Source: Ancylonema sp. (taxonomy: Eukaryota). From it: a stretch of 64,000 nucleotides of DNA. Both the position numbers and the translations under genes were made by a program. The notes beneath the pieces were generated by a model. That model was not told where the DNA came from, made no database searches, and worked only from the letters and a program-made list of their open reading frames with translations. The DNA is taken from assembly GCA_050230475.1 (NCBI GenBank), contig JBFLGF010000185.1, positions 1-64,000 of the forward strand. Direction: 5' to 3'. Positions 14,461 through 26,900 of the stretch are shown one piece after another. Position 1 is the stretch's first letter; each line of letters starts with the position of its first letter.

Positions 14461-14931
14461 TCATTGTTATCTTTCTCATGTTAGCAATATGCAATCCCTT
14501 TCATGTTCAATCTCCACTTTTTTGATCTTATCATACGTCTCATACCCCTCTTAGCAAATGACCTCTCACGAATTGAGTGCAAGTATTTCCCTCACTCTCT
14601 ACCTCATGTTGATGATTCACATCATCAACTTCACTAGCGATCCATCAGTCCAATGCTATTGAGGCGTTGATCTTTCTTATGTATGCAATATCATTATCTT
14701 CATGTATGTAGTATCATCAAACCGATGTTTGTCATGACAATGACAAAGTTGTTCATTTCACAATTTCTAAAACGAGTGGCTGACATGCACGCATGGGGGG
14801 AATGATATTGCTAGTAGTGCAACCATGACGTCTTGTGACATTTCAAATGACATCACTAACATTATAACTAGCATGAACTCCAAATTTCGATACTGTAGAC
14901 TACCCGCCCACGTGTCGCCGCCTCCTTCCAC

Positions 14932-15972
14932 CTAGACATACGCCGTGTACTTTTTAGACGACCCGCGACACTTGTCAACGGGGTATTTAGCCCTATTCTT
15001 CTCAAACTTATTCACAACAGCTGTCGACAGATCCACCCCGCACACGTCCGCCAAACGTACTAAGTACAAAAGAACGTCAGACATCTCCTCCCCCAGGTGC
15101 CGCTTCTCCAAGGGGGACCAATCAGGGAGGTGGGGAGGCACTTCGCCCCTCCATTGGAAGATCTCCGACAACTCCCCGACTTCCCCTACCTGCACCGACA
15201 CAAACTCCCGTTATAAACATCCAGATTCGATACAACGATATCATATGTTGTCACTGAGCCTCTCCCATACGCCCAGATGGTGCATTTGCATTCCTGAAGT
15301 TACCACTTTTTGGCCCCCGGAATCAAGGGCAGGGATGAGAAGATAGCAGTCTGGAAATGTTGCAGTTGTTGCGGGGGCGCTGGTGTGGTTGACACCCATT
15401 GGTTTTATGTGGCATGACTTTTCGCAGCTCCCCTCATATTGAGAGCGGTCAACATCAAATAGATAGAATCATAATTAAAGTGCAGATGTATCTACTAGTA
15501 GAGCAAGGGCAATGAGTGCTCTAAGATGTTTTCTGTGATAAGGGAGGGGTGGGATACAGGAGGGGTTGGATGGATTTGACTCTCAGGGCGAATGTAGAGA
15601 GGCCACATTGGGGAAGGGTAGTAAAGATTCGTAACATTATCATTACCATTATCTAAAATAAAGGTTGATCCTGATTTCTTTACAGGCCTTTGACTCAGCT
15701 TTCGGAGGGAGGGGTAAGAGCAATTACCAGAGCGAGCAGCAGATTTCGCGGAGTGTGAAATTGGTTCCAGTCCCTTTCAGCGGCGAAAGTGGCTTGCATG
15801 GCGCAAAGCCTTTCCACTTCTCATTATTCACCTCCGCAGACGAGGCAGCAGAATCCAGTGTCGTTCGGCACGAGCGGGAGTCATCCCGTGATTCACCCGC
15901 ACTTCCAGGTGTTCTAAATTCCGAGTTGTCGTTTGCAGCGGCGCAGTCTAATTTACTCTCGCTCATCTCCAT
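14932..15972 (-). pseudogene. DCTPP1: dCTP pyrophosphatase 1-like, version B, with a 7-bp frameshifting deletion in exon 1
   Basis: Same exon structure as 3453-4495. 'ctttccacttctc' at ~15810 versus 'ctttccaacgtcaacttctc' at ~4326. Confidence 0.75.
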
Positions 15973-16758
15973 GCAAGTCACGACAGTGGATTTGAAATCG
16001 ATCGTTTTGGCCTCACATACAGGCAATGCATGAAACCGTCGTGGGCCCGTAGTCAAAAGAAATCTCAACGACCTCAGGAAGTTTGCATATTACGAGTGCC
16101 GAGCATGGAAGAGACTGGCGTAATTTAGCGCACAGAAATAGCGAACTACGACGTATCAGCTCACCCAGAGGTGGCGAGGAAGAAAGAGGCAGGCGTCCTT
16201 TTAAGCACCCGAAATGCTTTACAAAGTACATGGCAATAGAGCATGCGCTGTTGTATTCACTAATATTATAAGCTCTGCGACGTTCTCCAGTGAGTCCGTC
16301 CATGATCTCCAAAATTGGCGCGAAAAAGCGATACAGGGTGCGCGACAATACCTGAACACATAAAACACGACGTGGACTCACTTTGGCCGTTACCAGCAGA
16401 GCGTGTCACGTTGAGATTTATCGGACGGCAAGGATTTCGTACCATCCCTTTGCACAAGCGCTGGCAAAACACATTGTTTGGTGCCGCTTTTCCACGCTGC
16501 AGAAGAAATTGCGTTGAACGTCGGTCACGTGTGTACTGTGACTTCAATTGTGTATTGCAACGTCGCCCACACGCTGACGCTGGTCACCCCTCAGACGCCG
16601 CCGGCGACCCTTAGCGATACCTTACAGTGGATAGTGGTACGTCCTGCATCCATGGACCAATGAACAGCTGTTGCCGGCATTTGGCCCAGATCCTGACAGG
16701 ATACCGAAATACTCCGGCACCTTCACGTCACTGTCATTACCTTATTGCACGTACCGAA

Positions 16759-19700
16759 ATGGCTCTGCATGCCTACCCCTCGGGTGCTCCATCGGCTGCA
16801 CTCGCCAACTCCCTCAGCCGCCAAAATCTGGCGCAATTGTCACTTTGGACCCGGAACCAAAATCATTCAGGGCGATTCGGAGCTCAGGTGTCGCCCGAGA
16901 TAAGAAGAGCGTTGACAACCGACAGAGCATTTTCAACCGTCGCGGCATCTACAAAGCCTTCCCCTCCCGCCCTATCCGCCCCAGCCGAACCCGCCGGCCC
17001 CCACCTAGTCAGTCTCGACAACAGCAGAAGCAGACAAGGGGCTTCCATCTGCCCTGGGTGCGGCATCGATATGCAGGACAGGAACCCTAAAGCCCCAGGG
17101 TTTTTTGTCAGGCCAGCTGTGCTAGACAGAGGCACTGAAGAAGATGCCGATGAGGGGGGAGGTTTGGAAGAATTGGCGGCGGGATTGGAGGAAGATGAAG
17201 AGGAGGAGCTGGAGGAGGAGGAGGGGTCAGACGCGGAAGATGAGGAGGGCAAGTTGAGGAGGGGTGGACCTGATCGGTCGGGATGGTCTGTCTTCCACGC
17301 AGGACAGCAGGTAGACGCAGCAGTGGGATTCGAGGATATTGCCGAAGAGGACTGGGACGCAGAGGGGGACGGAGGGAAGAAGAGGAAGGAGGATGTTGAC
17401 GTGGGGTTTGGGCCCCTTGAATCAGAGTTTGGGGTAGAGGAGGAGAGAGATAACCGCAGTGCTGCAATAGCGGGTTGGAACAAGAATTGGGGGGAGGAGG
17501 CGCGGGTGGCGGGGGAAGGGGGGCAGGAAGGACCGGCAGCAAAGCTGGTGGTGTGTGCCAGGTGTCACGCTCTCAGGAATTACGGGAAAGTAAGTGATGC
17601 GGGGATTGTGTCTGGGATGGGGGTGTGTTTGAGCTCGACCAAGTTTCCATGCAGACACGGCAAGATCGGACAGAGTCACATATCTATCCTCCCGCCACAC
17701 CCCACATTCATCCTCACTTCGGACCCTAAAACCCAATCCCCCATACATCATGAATCCATCAGAAATCCTTGATACCTATCTCCCAACTCCTAGACCCAAA
17801 TCCCTACATCCGAAATTCTGAACCCTAATCTCAAACCCTGAATCTTGAACTCTAAACCCTAAACCCCGCAGGTGAAGGAGGAGAGTCTCGAGAACCTTCT
17901 TCCCGACTTCGATTTCGAGCGAATGGTGGGCGGCCGTCTGAGGCGTGCGATTGGGCGGCGGGCGGTGGTCGTGATGGTGATCGATGCGGCCGATTTCGAT
18001 GGGTCCTTCCCGCGGCGGGCGGCAGAACTGCTGACGAAGATTGACGAAGCAGAGGGGGGCAGGTGGCGGGAGGGGGAGGGGGGGACCTCGCCGCGATTGG
18101 TTGTGGTCGCGAATAAAGTCGACCTGCTGCCCAAACAGGTGCTTTGGCCGGGGGTTGCCTACAGGGGGTTGTGTTGAACCCGAGGTTTATCGAAGTTGTA
18201 CTGAAGTTGGGGCTACACCAGATTTTTGAGGATCTTGTCGGAGGAACAGCGAGGTCTAGAAGGGTAAATGAATGAAATGTACATTGTATCGAAAACTCTT
18301 GAATTAAATAAGAAACAATCGAATGTTAATAAATAATACAGACATATCAATGAAGAATCATGAAAGATGACAATTCCTAATCAGGAAACTTTGGGTCTGT
18401 GTGTGGGTGTTGTGAGGGATGAATGAGAAGTAGGGGCATAACATAAGCTTGAAACCCTAACCCCATACCTCACCCACGATTTAAGATTTGTTATTCTCGA
18501 TATGGACTTGGGTTTCAGGGTTTGGGAGAAACCCAAAACAATTGTGAGGACAGTGCTCGGAAAAACCCTACTCGTTTTTTTTTCGGGGTGTTTCAAGAAA
18601 CTGGTTTCCGAGTGAGAGATCAGGGCTCACAATATCTTATAATATGTTACCTCGCTGACGTGTGAACAGACTCACAGGGTCTAGGGTTTGAGGTTTGAGG
18701 TTTAAGGTTTAGGGTTTCAGGGTTCAGGGTTTCATGGTTATCCCGTTTTCGTCCTCTCAGCACAGTCTCTCCTTCTCCTTCCGACCACACACATGACACC
18801 TTATCACTCCTCTCTTACCTCCCTGCCAGGTGTCACATATACGACTGGAGCAGTGGGTTCGCAGGCGGGCCCGGGCGGGTGGGGCTCCGCGGCTATCCGC
18901 CGTACATCTAGTCAGCGCCCAATTGGGCTTCAACATGACCGCTTTGTCGACCGCTCTCAAGGAGTTGGCGGGGCCACGTGGCGACGTCTGGGTGATCGGC
19001 GCCCAAAACGCGGGAAAAAGCTCGCTTATTAACGCCCTCTCTAAGGTGGAGGGGGGCAAGGGGGGTGGCAAAGGGGGGGGAGGGGGAGGGGGGGGGGGGT
19101 TGAGTGCGCAGCTGACTGAAGCAGCAGTGCCAGGGACAACGATTGGGGTTTTGCCGTTGATGGGGGTGATGGGGGCGCGGAGGCGGGTATTGGACACGCC
19201 TGGGCTGCTGCACCCGCACCAGGTGTCAACACGATTATCGAGGGAGGAGCAGAAGGTGGTGCTGCCGAGGAAGATGCTGAAGCCGAGGACGTATCGAGTC
19301 AAGGTGGGGCCAAAGAGCACGAGTTGGGGGTTCAGGGTTTAGACTTTAGGGTTTAGGGTTTAGGGTCTACGGTGTTGGGTGTAGGGGTTGGAGAGTTGAA
19401 GATGGGAGATTCTGAGAGATCTGCGTTTCAGGTGTTTCGGGTTTTGAGGTTTGGACTCTGAGTGTGGAGTAGAAGAGAAGGAGGGTTGTGTTACAAGGAG
19501 TATTAAAATAGAGGGTGCCTCATCTGACCTGTCATACAGCTCAAGACTTTAGGATTTGGGAATCTCAATTCGAATTCCCATGCAACAAAAGTTGTGCGTG
19601 CCGTCTGAGTTCGGTTATAACGAATGCTTGCCCTAAAGCGGGTTTCCATTTTCAATCGGGGATTCGCGTTTCGATTTTTGCGAAAATCGAGAGTTGGGTT

Positions 19701-21198
19701 TTCTTCGGGTCTGGTTTATGAGTATGAAGTATAAATTAGGGTTTTGGGTTTCGGGTTTTGTTCCGAAATGGGGCAGGTGGGGAGCTCAGTGCAAATCGGC
19801 GGTTTGGCCCGTGTTGATGTGATGGAGGCCCCCTCAGAGAGCATCTACCTCACTGTGTGGGTGTCGGCGCACATGCAGTGCCACATGGGGAAGCAGGAGA
19901 ATGCTGACTCTGTGTTCCAAAAACACGTGGGGGGGAGGCTGCAGGTGGAGAGCGAAACCTGAAACCCTAAACCCTGAACCCTAATCACAAGGGGGGGGGG
20001 ATTGGATTTTAGGGCTTTTAACTCCCGAAATCGAAAAACTCAACAGTCGGATAATGGGGCGTAATTCAGTCGTTTCACACAGCTACGGCATAGAAACCCT
20101 GCCAACAATTTCGGAATTAACCTCGAATGTCAAAACCACTGGAGGCGCAGAAAAAAGACGACCTGAAAAGAGAGGGGAATGAAGAGGGGGGGAGGAGGTG
20201 TTTTCGATGCCCCGCACATTCTTTTCTCACACTTTTTTTCAGTGACTTTGAAGACAGTCATGAGTGGGTGGAGACATGTTGCCTGAGTGCATCTAGTACT
20301 GTTTTCAGTCCAGATACGTAATACCCCCAGCATCAGAATCTGCGACAGAAACACTGCCAACGTGCCTGTACCGTACTGTACCGCCCCACAGACCTGGAAC
20401 TGAAACTGGTACTGCGCAAGTCCCGTTTTCGGCACTCAAAGCGTGTCGTGTTCACATTCGGCGCATAAAAAAAATGGGCAATCTCGGTTAGCAAATATTG
20501 TGTATTGCATAACCATTTGGTGTCTCATTAACATGTATGATCAATACATTCATCGATACATCAAAATTATTCTATCAATACCTCTTCTTGCATCACCGAC
20601 GATTCATTAGCATGTCAATGCATCGTTGCCTTGCTTTCCTCTATATCGTCAATATGCCCTCAAGATGTCTCTTGTGTGTCATTGTTGCATCATATCTTAA
20701 AAGCACACATTTATCCTACCATCCCTAATGACATATGCCCCCTCCCTCCGCCAGCCCCCATCCCATCCCGATCGCCTTGAGGAATTAGGCCAATGGCAGC
20801 CCCGCACCGTCCAGGTGGCAGGCACCCGTTGGGACCAGAGCTCTGCTGACGTGGCAATCGCAGGTCTAGGATGGGTGGGTGTGGGGGTGAAGGGGGAGAC
20901 TAGCCTTCGGGTTTGGACCTATGAAGGCGTAGCCGTGACGACTAGAGAGGCCATGGTGTTGGACTACGCAGCTGTTTTTGAGCGGCCTGGGTTTACGGCT
21001 GGGAAGGTCGGGGGGGGAGGGGAAACGGGTGTGACAAAGGGAAAGGATGAGGAAGGGAGTGGGGTGGGGGAGCGAGGGGTTGGGGCTGGGAGCGGGAGGG
21101 GGAGTAAAGTTTATGTTGGCAAGTTTAGTGGAGGGGTAAGGGAAGAGAGTAGGCAACGGAGTAGAGGGACGAGGCCATCGGCTGTCGTAGGAAACTGA
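16759..21198 (+). CDS. BPG2: Plastid YqeH-type circularly permuted GTPase (BPG2-like)
   Basis: Exons ~16759-17589, 17872-18138, 18830-19303, 19777-19944, 20755-21198. Transit-peptide-like N-terminus; split zinc finger CPGCG...CARCHALRNYGKV; G4 NKVD before G1 GAQNAGKS and G3 DTPG; C-terminal DVAIAGLGW. Confidence 0.9.
17790..19985. repeat. Four short degenerate plant telomere-like (TTTAGGG/CCCTAAA) tracts in BPG2 introns
   Basis: ~17790-17868 (taaaccctaaacccc), ~18680-18740 (tagggtttgaggtttgaggtttaaggtttaggg), ~19330-19370 (tttagggtttagggtttaggg), ~19955-19985 (gaaaccctaaaccctgaacccta). Confidence 0.75.
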
Positions 21199-21469
21199 TT
21201 TTCGACAACATCGAGCTTTTATTACAAGTAATTTTTTTGGGGGGCTTCATCTTGGGCTCACCCAAGAGGGTGATAGTGGGAAGAGGGGGGGGGGGTGTGA
21301 ATGTGGATGTTATTTTCCCGCTCGATGGGGTATCTTTTGTTGGCTTTCACATGTTGTATCGAGAGTGATGTTGTATCGAGTGATATGAGTGCCTACAAGG
21401 TTGACGTGCTAGATGTGATCGTGGTGCAATACACACACATAAAAAACGATAACTACTAAATCGGCAAAA

Positions 21470-21912
21470 TGTAGTTATATAATCATGTGGACACACACAA
21501 TCTCACTACACACATAACACCATGAGATCATGGCACTCCCCCCCTCTAGATGTCGTAACCCTCTGCGACGACATCTGGACACTCACTCACACTCACACCC
21601 ACTCACACTCACACTCACACTCACTCACACTCACACTCACACTCACTCCCCTCACTCCCCCACGATGTGACAAAGACAGTTGTAGTGGCCCACTGAAACA
21701 CTATTTAAGCAAGGTGTCACTCACCACACATGGTAACCCCTCATTGCACAAATCATACAACATCACCCTCCTCTCATCACCCCTACGCACACAATGCCGA
21801 CAATGAACGGGATCCATGCGCTCCACTGTCATAGTATCTACAATCGGGCACTAGACAATAGTGAAAGCACATCACCTCGTTCTACGGCTATCGTTGATTG
21901 CCTTACTTTACA
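21470..21912 (-). mobile_element. Putative 3' LTR of the copia element, containing a (CACACT)n tract
   Basis: On the minus strand a polypurine tract GAGGGGGA (21921-21914) directly precedes TGTAAAG (21912). The segment ends ...ACTACA (21470), giving TGTA...TACA termini. TATA-like CTTAAATAG at ~21705. Confidence 0.6.
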
Positions 21913-23121
21913 ATCCCCCTCGCAATCACTAGTGACCACATTAATAAGCAATCACTAAGCATACCCATCAAATCCTTCCCGGCCACCAATACTTGGAAAC
22001 CGACATTCTTAGTAAGTTGGTCGGCCGCCATTGCCATGGTCATCACAAATTGGTGTTCCATCTCTCCATCTCTCCACCTTCTCCCAGATGAAGTGATACC
22101 GAATAGCGATGTGCTGAGTGCGCTAGTGGAATACAAATCTGGTTGAGTGCAATCTTCATGGATGCTTGATTATCGCAAGAGCACCCTCAGTTACTCATGA
22201 TCCGTCCCCGTTTCCACATGCAATTGCTGCAAGTACAGCCCCTCTTGCGCTGCATGTGTGAGCGACATGTACTCAGCCTCTATGCTGCTAAGAGCCATTC
22301 CCTCTTTGAGCTTGCTCCCCCACTTATTGCAGCCCCTCCACTCACCATAACAAACCCAGATCGCCCCCTCTTGGTCTTCGTATCGCTCCCATAGCTGGCA
22401 TCGCTATACCCCCATAGCTCCACATCCTCACCCTCGCAAAAAAATAGCCCATCCCTAGCACTACCTTTAATACACCGAAGCTACCTCTTTGGTGCCTTTC
22501 AATGCATCATCCCCGGATCCTGGCAGAAACGGCTGAGTGTAGATACTCCCATGGCCAAATGAGGCCGAGTGCAGAGTGCCAAGTACATTAGGCTCCCCAC
22601 TAGCGACCTGTACAAAATCCCCTCCGTGGCAGCTCTCTCCTCTTCACTTTGTGGGCACCCCTCTACCCCCAAATGATTCCCTAGCTCGAAAGGTGTGGTA
22701 ATTGCCTTCTTGTCCCCCATGCCATATTTCTACACCACCTCTAAAGCCAGTTTTTGCTGCACAAGCAAGAGATCTTCCCCCTATGTCTCCTTAACTCCAT
22801 CCCTAAGAGAAAATTTGACGTGCCGAGATCTTGCATCTCAAATCTCTTTTGGAGACTCCTCTTGACCATCTCGACTACCTCCCTCTGCTTCCACACCATC
22901 ACTAGATCATCCACATAGAGCGCAAAAAACATTATCGCATCCCCCTCACCAAAAACATACATCCCATGATCAGTCTTGAAGCGCACAAATCCTATCTCCT
23001 CCAAGACTTCGGTGATAGTTTGGTTCCACGTCCGAGGGGATTGCTTCAAATTGTAGAGACACTTGAGAAGTTTCCACACCATGCCTTCCACACTTGTCAA
23101 CCCCTCCGGTACGGCTAGCAT
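21913..23121 (-). mobile_element. Degenerate Ty1/copia pol fragment (reverse transcriptase + RNase H), 5'-truncated
   Basis: KLLKCLYNLKQSPRTWN, ALYVDDL, MQDLG, YRSLVGSLMYLALCTRP, MAADQLTK. Broken by stops, frameshifts and an apparent deletion. Confidence 0.92.
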
Positions 23122-23411
23122 GGTGGTGAAATATAAAGAGATGGTTGCGCGGTCCTCCTCGCCGTTTTGAGTCTAGATCTGTCGGATCTAGAAACGGGAC
23201 CTCAGTCCTCCTCGTGCAATTTTGCGTTGTATCACCTATTTACCAGTCACATTCTCACAAACAAATTGCAACAAATTCGAAAAAAGAAGATGACCGAAAT
23301 CCGGGGTCTTCAATCAAATACATATCAAGTTGAAAAATGCAAAACGAATGTTAGGAAGCCTGATACATTTTATAATGACTCGTACTTATTACTGCCCTCC
23401 TCTAACCACCT

Positions 23412-23774
23412 CTATGCATGTGATTGCGAGAAGGATGTTAACAACGCATACCCAGCTTGAACCGGTTCGAGAGGCCTCATATCGACTAGCTCTAGTTCTA
23501 TGAGTGGCTTGACACGTGTCATGTAGTGGTTGGATCCCAATCTTAAAGGGACTTCCCTCGTACATCCTTGGAGGAGGGGTTTAGGTTTCAAAGTGCATAC
23601 CAAATCCTGCGCCCCGACAGAGTCACCCTACAGTCACACTCTCTTAAAGGGGTATGGTTCGTGAACATATGCACAAATTGAAATCCCTTCCTCAAAGAAT
23701 ACGATTTAAAAAAAAAAACCAAATAGGGGGAAAAGTACTACAAAAAACAGCAGACAACAAATGAAATGAATAAC

Positions 23775-23827
<53 letters not shown>

Positions 23828-23858
23828 TAATAATAATAATAATAATAATACTAATAAC

Positions 23859-23929
<71 letters not shown>

Positions 23930-26900
23930 TAATAATAATAATAATAATAATAAGAATAAGAAAAAACACGGAGCGCGTGGTAGGAGGAAGTTGATGCGGA
24001 ATGAACATATATTTGAATGGAGAACTGCCTCCCCCCGCACCTTTGGTCCCCCGCAAGTACCTCCTCCCAAATACTCCTCAACCACTGCCCTGTCTCTCTC
24101 CCCCACCTCCCCCCCCCCCCCTCCCTCCATCGCCCACTCCCACCCTCCACCCTGAATGATGCCCTCATTGAACATTGCCAGCTTCCCGTGCAGCTGGACC
24201 ACTTCTGCCACCCTCTCCCAGATGGGCCGCTGAGCTGGCGCATCACTATGGCTGCCAGGTGTCACTTTCTGGGTGCTCCAGGAGACAGCTGGGGTCCTGT
24301 CCGTCGGTCCTGATGCCTTGAAGGTATCCCTGCCAGGTGGCAGTCGAGGATGGGCGGCTCGATCTTGTGTGGGGCGCCAGGTGCCACTTGGCGGCCTGGC
24401 AGTGGGGTGGGGCAGACTGAGCAGTCTGTGAGCCGTGGGGCCCGCAGCGTGGCAGAGAGCGATGGCAGTCCCGTCGTCTGAAGTAACCCAAGAATCCAAC
24501 GACTCAGAGCCCAGAAGCCCTTCAACCCGAACACTCGAAACTTAGACCCCTTGAAAACCCGATACCCAATACCCGATAGCCGGTACCCGATACTTGATAC
24601 CCGATACCCGACCGATATCTTCCCATCCCCGGGTGTCGAACCTCACCGATAACCGCACAAAGCGTGGATATCTGAACCCCAAACCGATGCTCCTCTTCTG
24701 GGTCGTTCCCATCCTCTGCCACGTCAGCGCTGCCAGCTGGACCATTCATGCGCTGCCACGTCAGCACCAGGTTGTCGACGCCGACGACCTGCACAGTCAG
24801 GGGGAGGCATTCGTTTTCAACTTCCTCGGTACAGGCACATGTGTATGTTGGCACGTGTGAGTATCGGATTCGCACCCTGCACCTCAGCCGTATGACCTTC
24901 CCCCCCCCCTCCTCTCCACAAACCACTTGTTGTAAAGTGCTTCTTCTCAACGCAACTCCCCCCACCTCCGCCCCAGCCTCCCTCTGGAGGCTGGTTGGGA
25001 AGGGTGGGGGGGGTAGAACCTGGACGAGCGATGCTTGCGTGGAAGTGAAAACACGATACCCGTCCACCAACCTGTACAACCGGGGGGGGGCTTAGTGGTG
25101 ACTGGCACATCGGGGGCAAAAATTACCCTATTTTGTATATATGTATGTAGGCATATATATGTATATATGTGTATATGTATGTATGTATGTATGTATGCAT
25201 GTATGTATGTGTGTTTATATCACTAGGTTGTTATATTATCGTGTATTCCTGTGGGGGGGGAGCGGGGTGCGTACTTGTTCACTCTCAAGTGGGTGAGTAT
25301 CACTTCCCGCCCCTCTGCCACCCCCATCGCTACTCCACTTTGCTCGGACCCCAAAATGATCGCCACCTCATCATCGCCCTCTCGCATGCGCACTTCCCCC
25401 CCTCCCCCTCCCCCTCCCCCTCCTCTCACTTCCGTCACCCTCCCCCTCACGGAGACCATCCCCACCTTCTCCCCCGCTGCGCACACCTGGCGCACGCTCA
25501 TCGGCTGGATGACTGCCTGACTCTGGTAGGTGGATGCATAGTCGAGGAGCCAGGTCGCAAGCTCTGGTTGGGTGACAAGGGTGACATCTGTCCTGCTGCC
25601 ACCTGGCAGCGTGCCAGCTGACGAGTGTGAGGACGTGAGAGCACGGGTGTGCAGATGGGGGTTGTGGGGGGGGGAGGGGGCGGAGGAAGTGATGTATAGG
25701 CATCCAACACGTAGAGTCTGTGGGCAGAAAGGGGGGAGGGGGGAGGGGATATGGGTTCGATGATTGTGCTTGTACCAAGTGGCTGTAATAAGGGGAATGT
25801 GCTTACAGCGTGTAGTGCGGCTGCGTTCTTATCAAATACCAAAACGCATTTCTTTGACCCCCCGTCCGACTTCACTGCCATGTAGGCATCACGTGTCCCG
25901 CCACCTGGCATGTCACTAGTGCCACCTGGACTGCCAGGTGGCACGTCATCTCCGCCCCCCTCCACCTGCCGCCTCCCCGTACTCGGACCTTCCACCACCC
26001 CCCATGCCAGGTGGCAGCTTCTTGATTGGTCCAGTGACGACCCCCGTAGTTTCTCGGAAGTTTCCGCTGTCGTTTGCCCATGGGCAACAGGGGTGAGAGT
26101 GAGGGGAAGGTAGAGGGCTCGAGCTTGGAAGACAAGCTTGCCCCCTCCTGCGCCCCGCGTCAGACCGCTGATGTCAGCGAGGAGCAGGATGTGAAAAGCG
26201 GCAGTGCCCCCTTTCCCGCCCACACCGCGCGCCATCCTGGAAACGTCCGATGCCTTCTGCCTAGTGGGCAGTAGACACCTGGCGTCTCTAATACGGAAGG
26301 TGATGTAGGCAGACACCATCGCTGACGTCACCATTCCGCCAATTATTTTTTTGGTGCTGCCCGGGAGGAGGGGCAGGTCGAAAAGGTTTGACCAGGGGAG
26401 TGGGGATGTGCCGTCCAGAAACAGAGGAGACTCCGCCCCAAAATTCATACTTTTCTTCTCTCGATCGCCTGCAGGCCGCCAGCTGTCCGGAGCGCCACCT
26501 GTCCGCCGCCCCCTTTCCAACGGGGGTCCTTTCAAATGTATCTCAAAGTCTGCCACCTGCCGATTGTGACGAGGCGGCACGTGGGTTTTCGGTCCGAGTC
26601 AAATGAACGAAAAGGGTTCTCAGCAAAATGGGGATCTGAGGTCTCACCAGCAGCAAAGAACCGATATCTCGCAAACGGATCCCATCAGGGAGGAGTGCTG
26701 CTGTGTGCCCCGTCCCATCTGCCAGTCGCAGCCCGCCACCTGGCGAGGTCACCTGGCAGGGAGGGAGCAGAGGAGGGGGGTTAGAGGAGGGGTTGTCGCA
26801 CACACTATGTGATCTCTGGTGAGGGGGGGGTGGAGACAGCTGGCCACCTGCAGCCACCCGACCAGCGCCCACCCTCGCTCTCGTGATGACACGTGGCACG

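Noticed and set aside
19330..19370. True telomere or chromosome fusion point
   Set aside because: Only about three perfect units, inside an intron of an intact gene.
23706..24246. Poly-Asn/Ile/Leu/Tyr ORFs
   Set aside because: Translations of an (AAT)n microsatellite.
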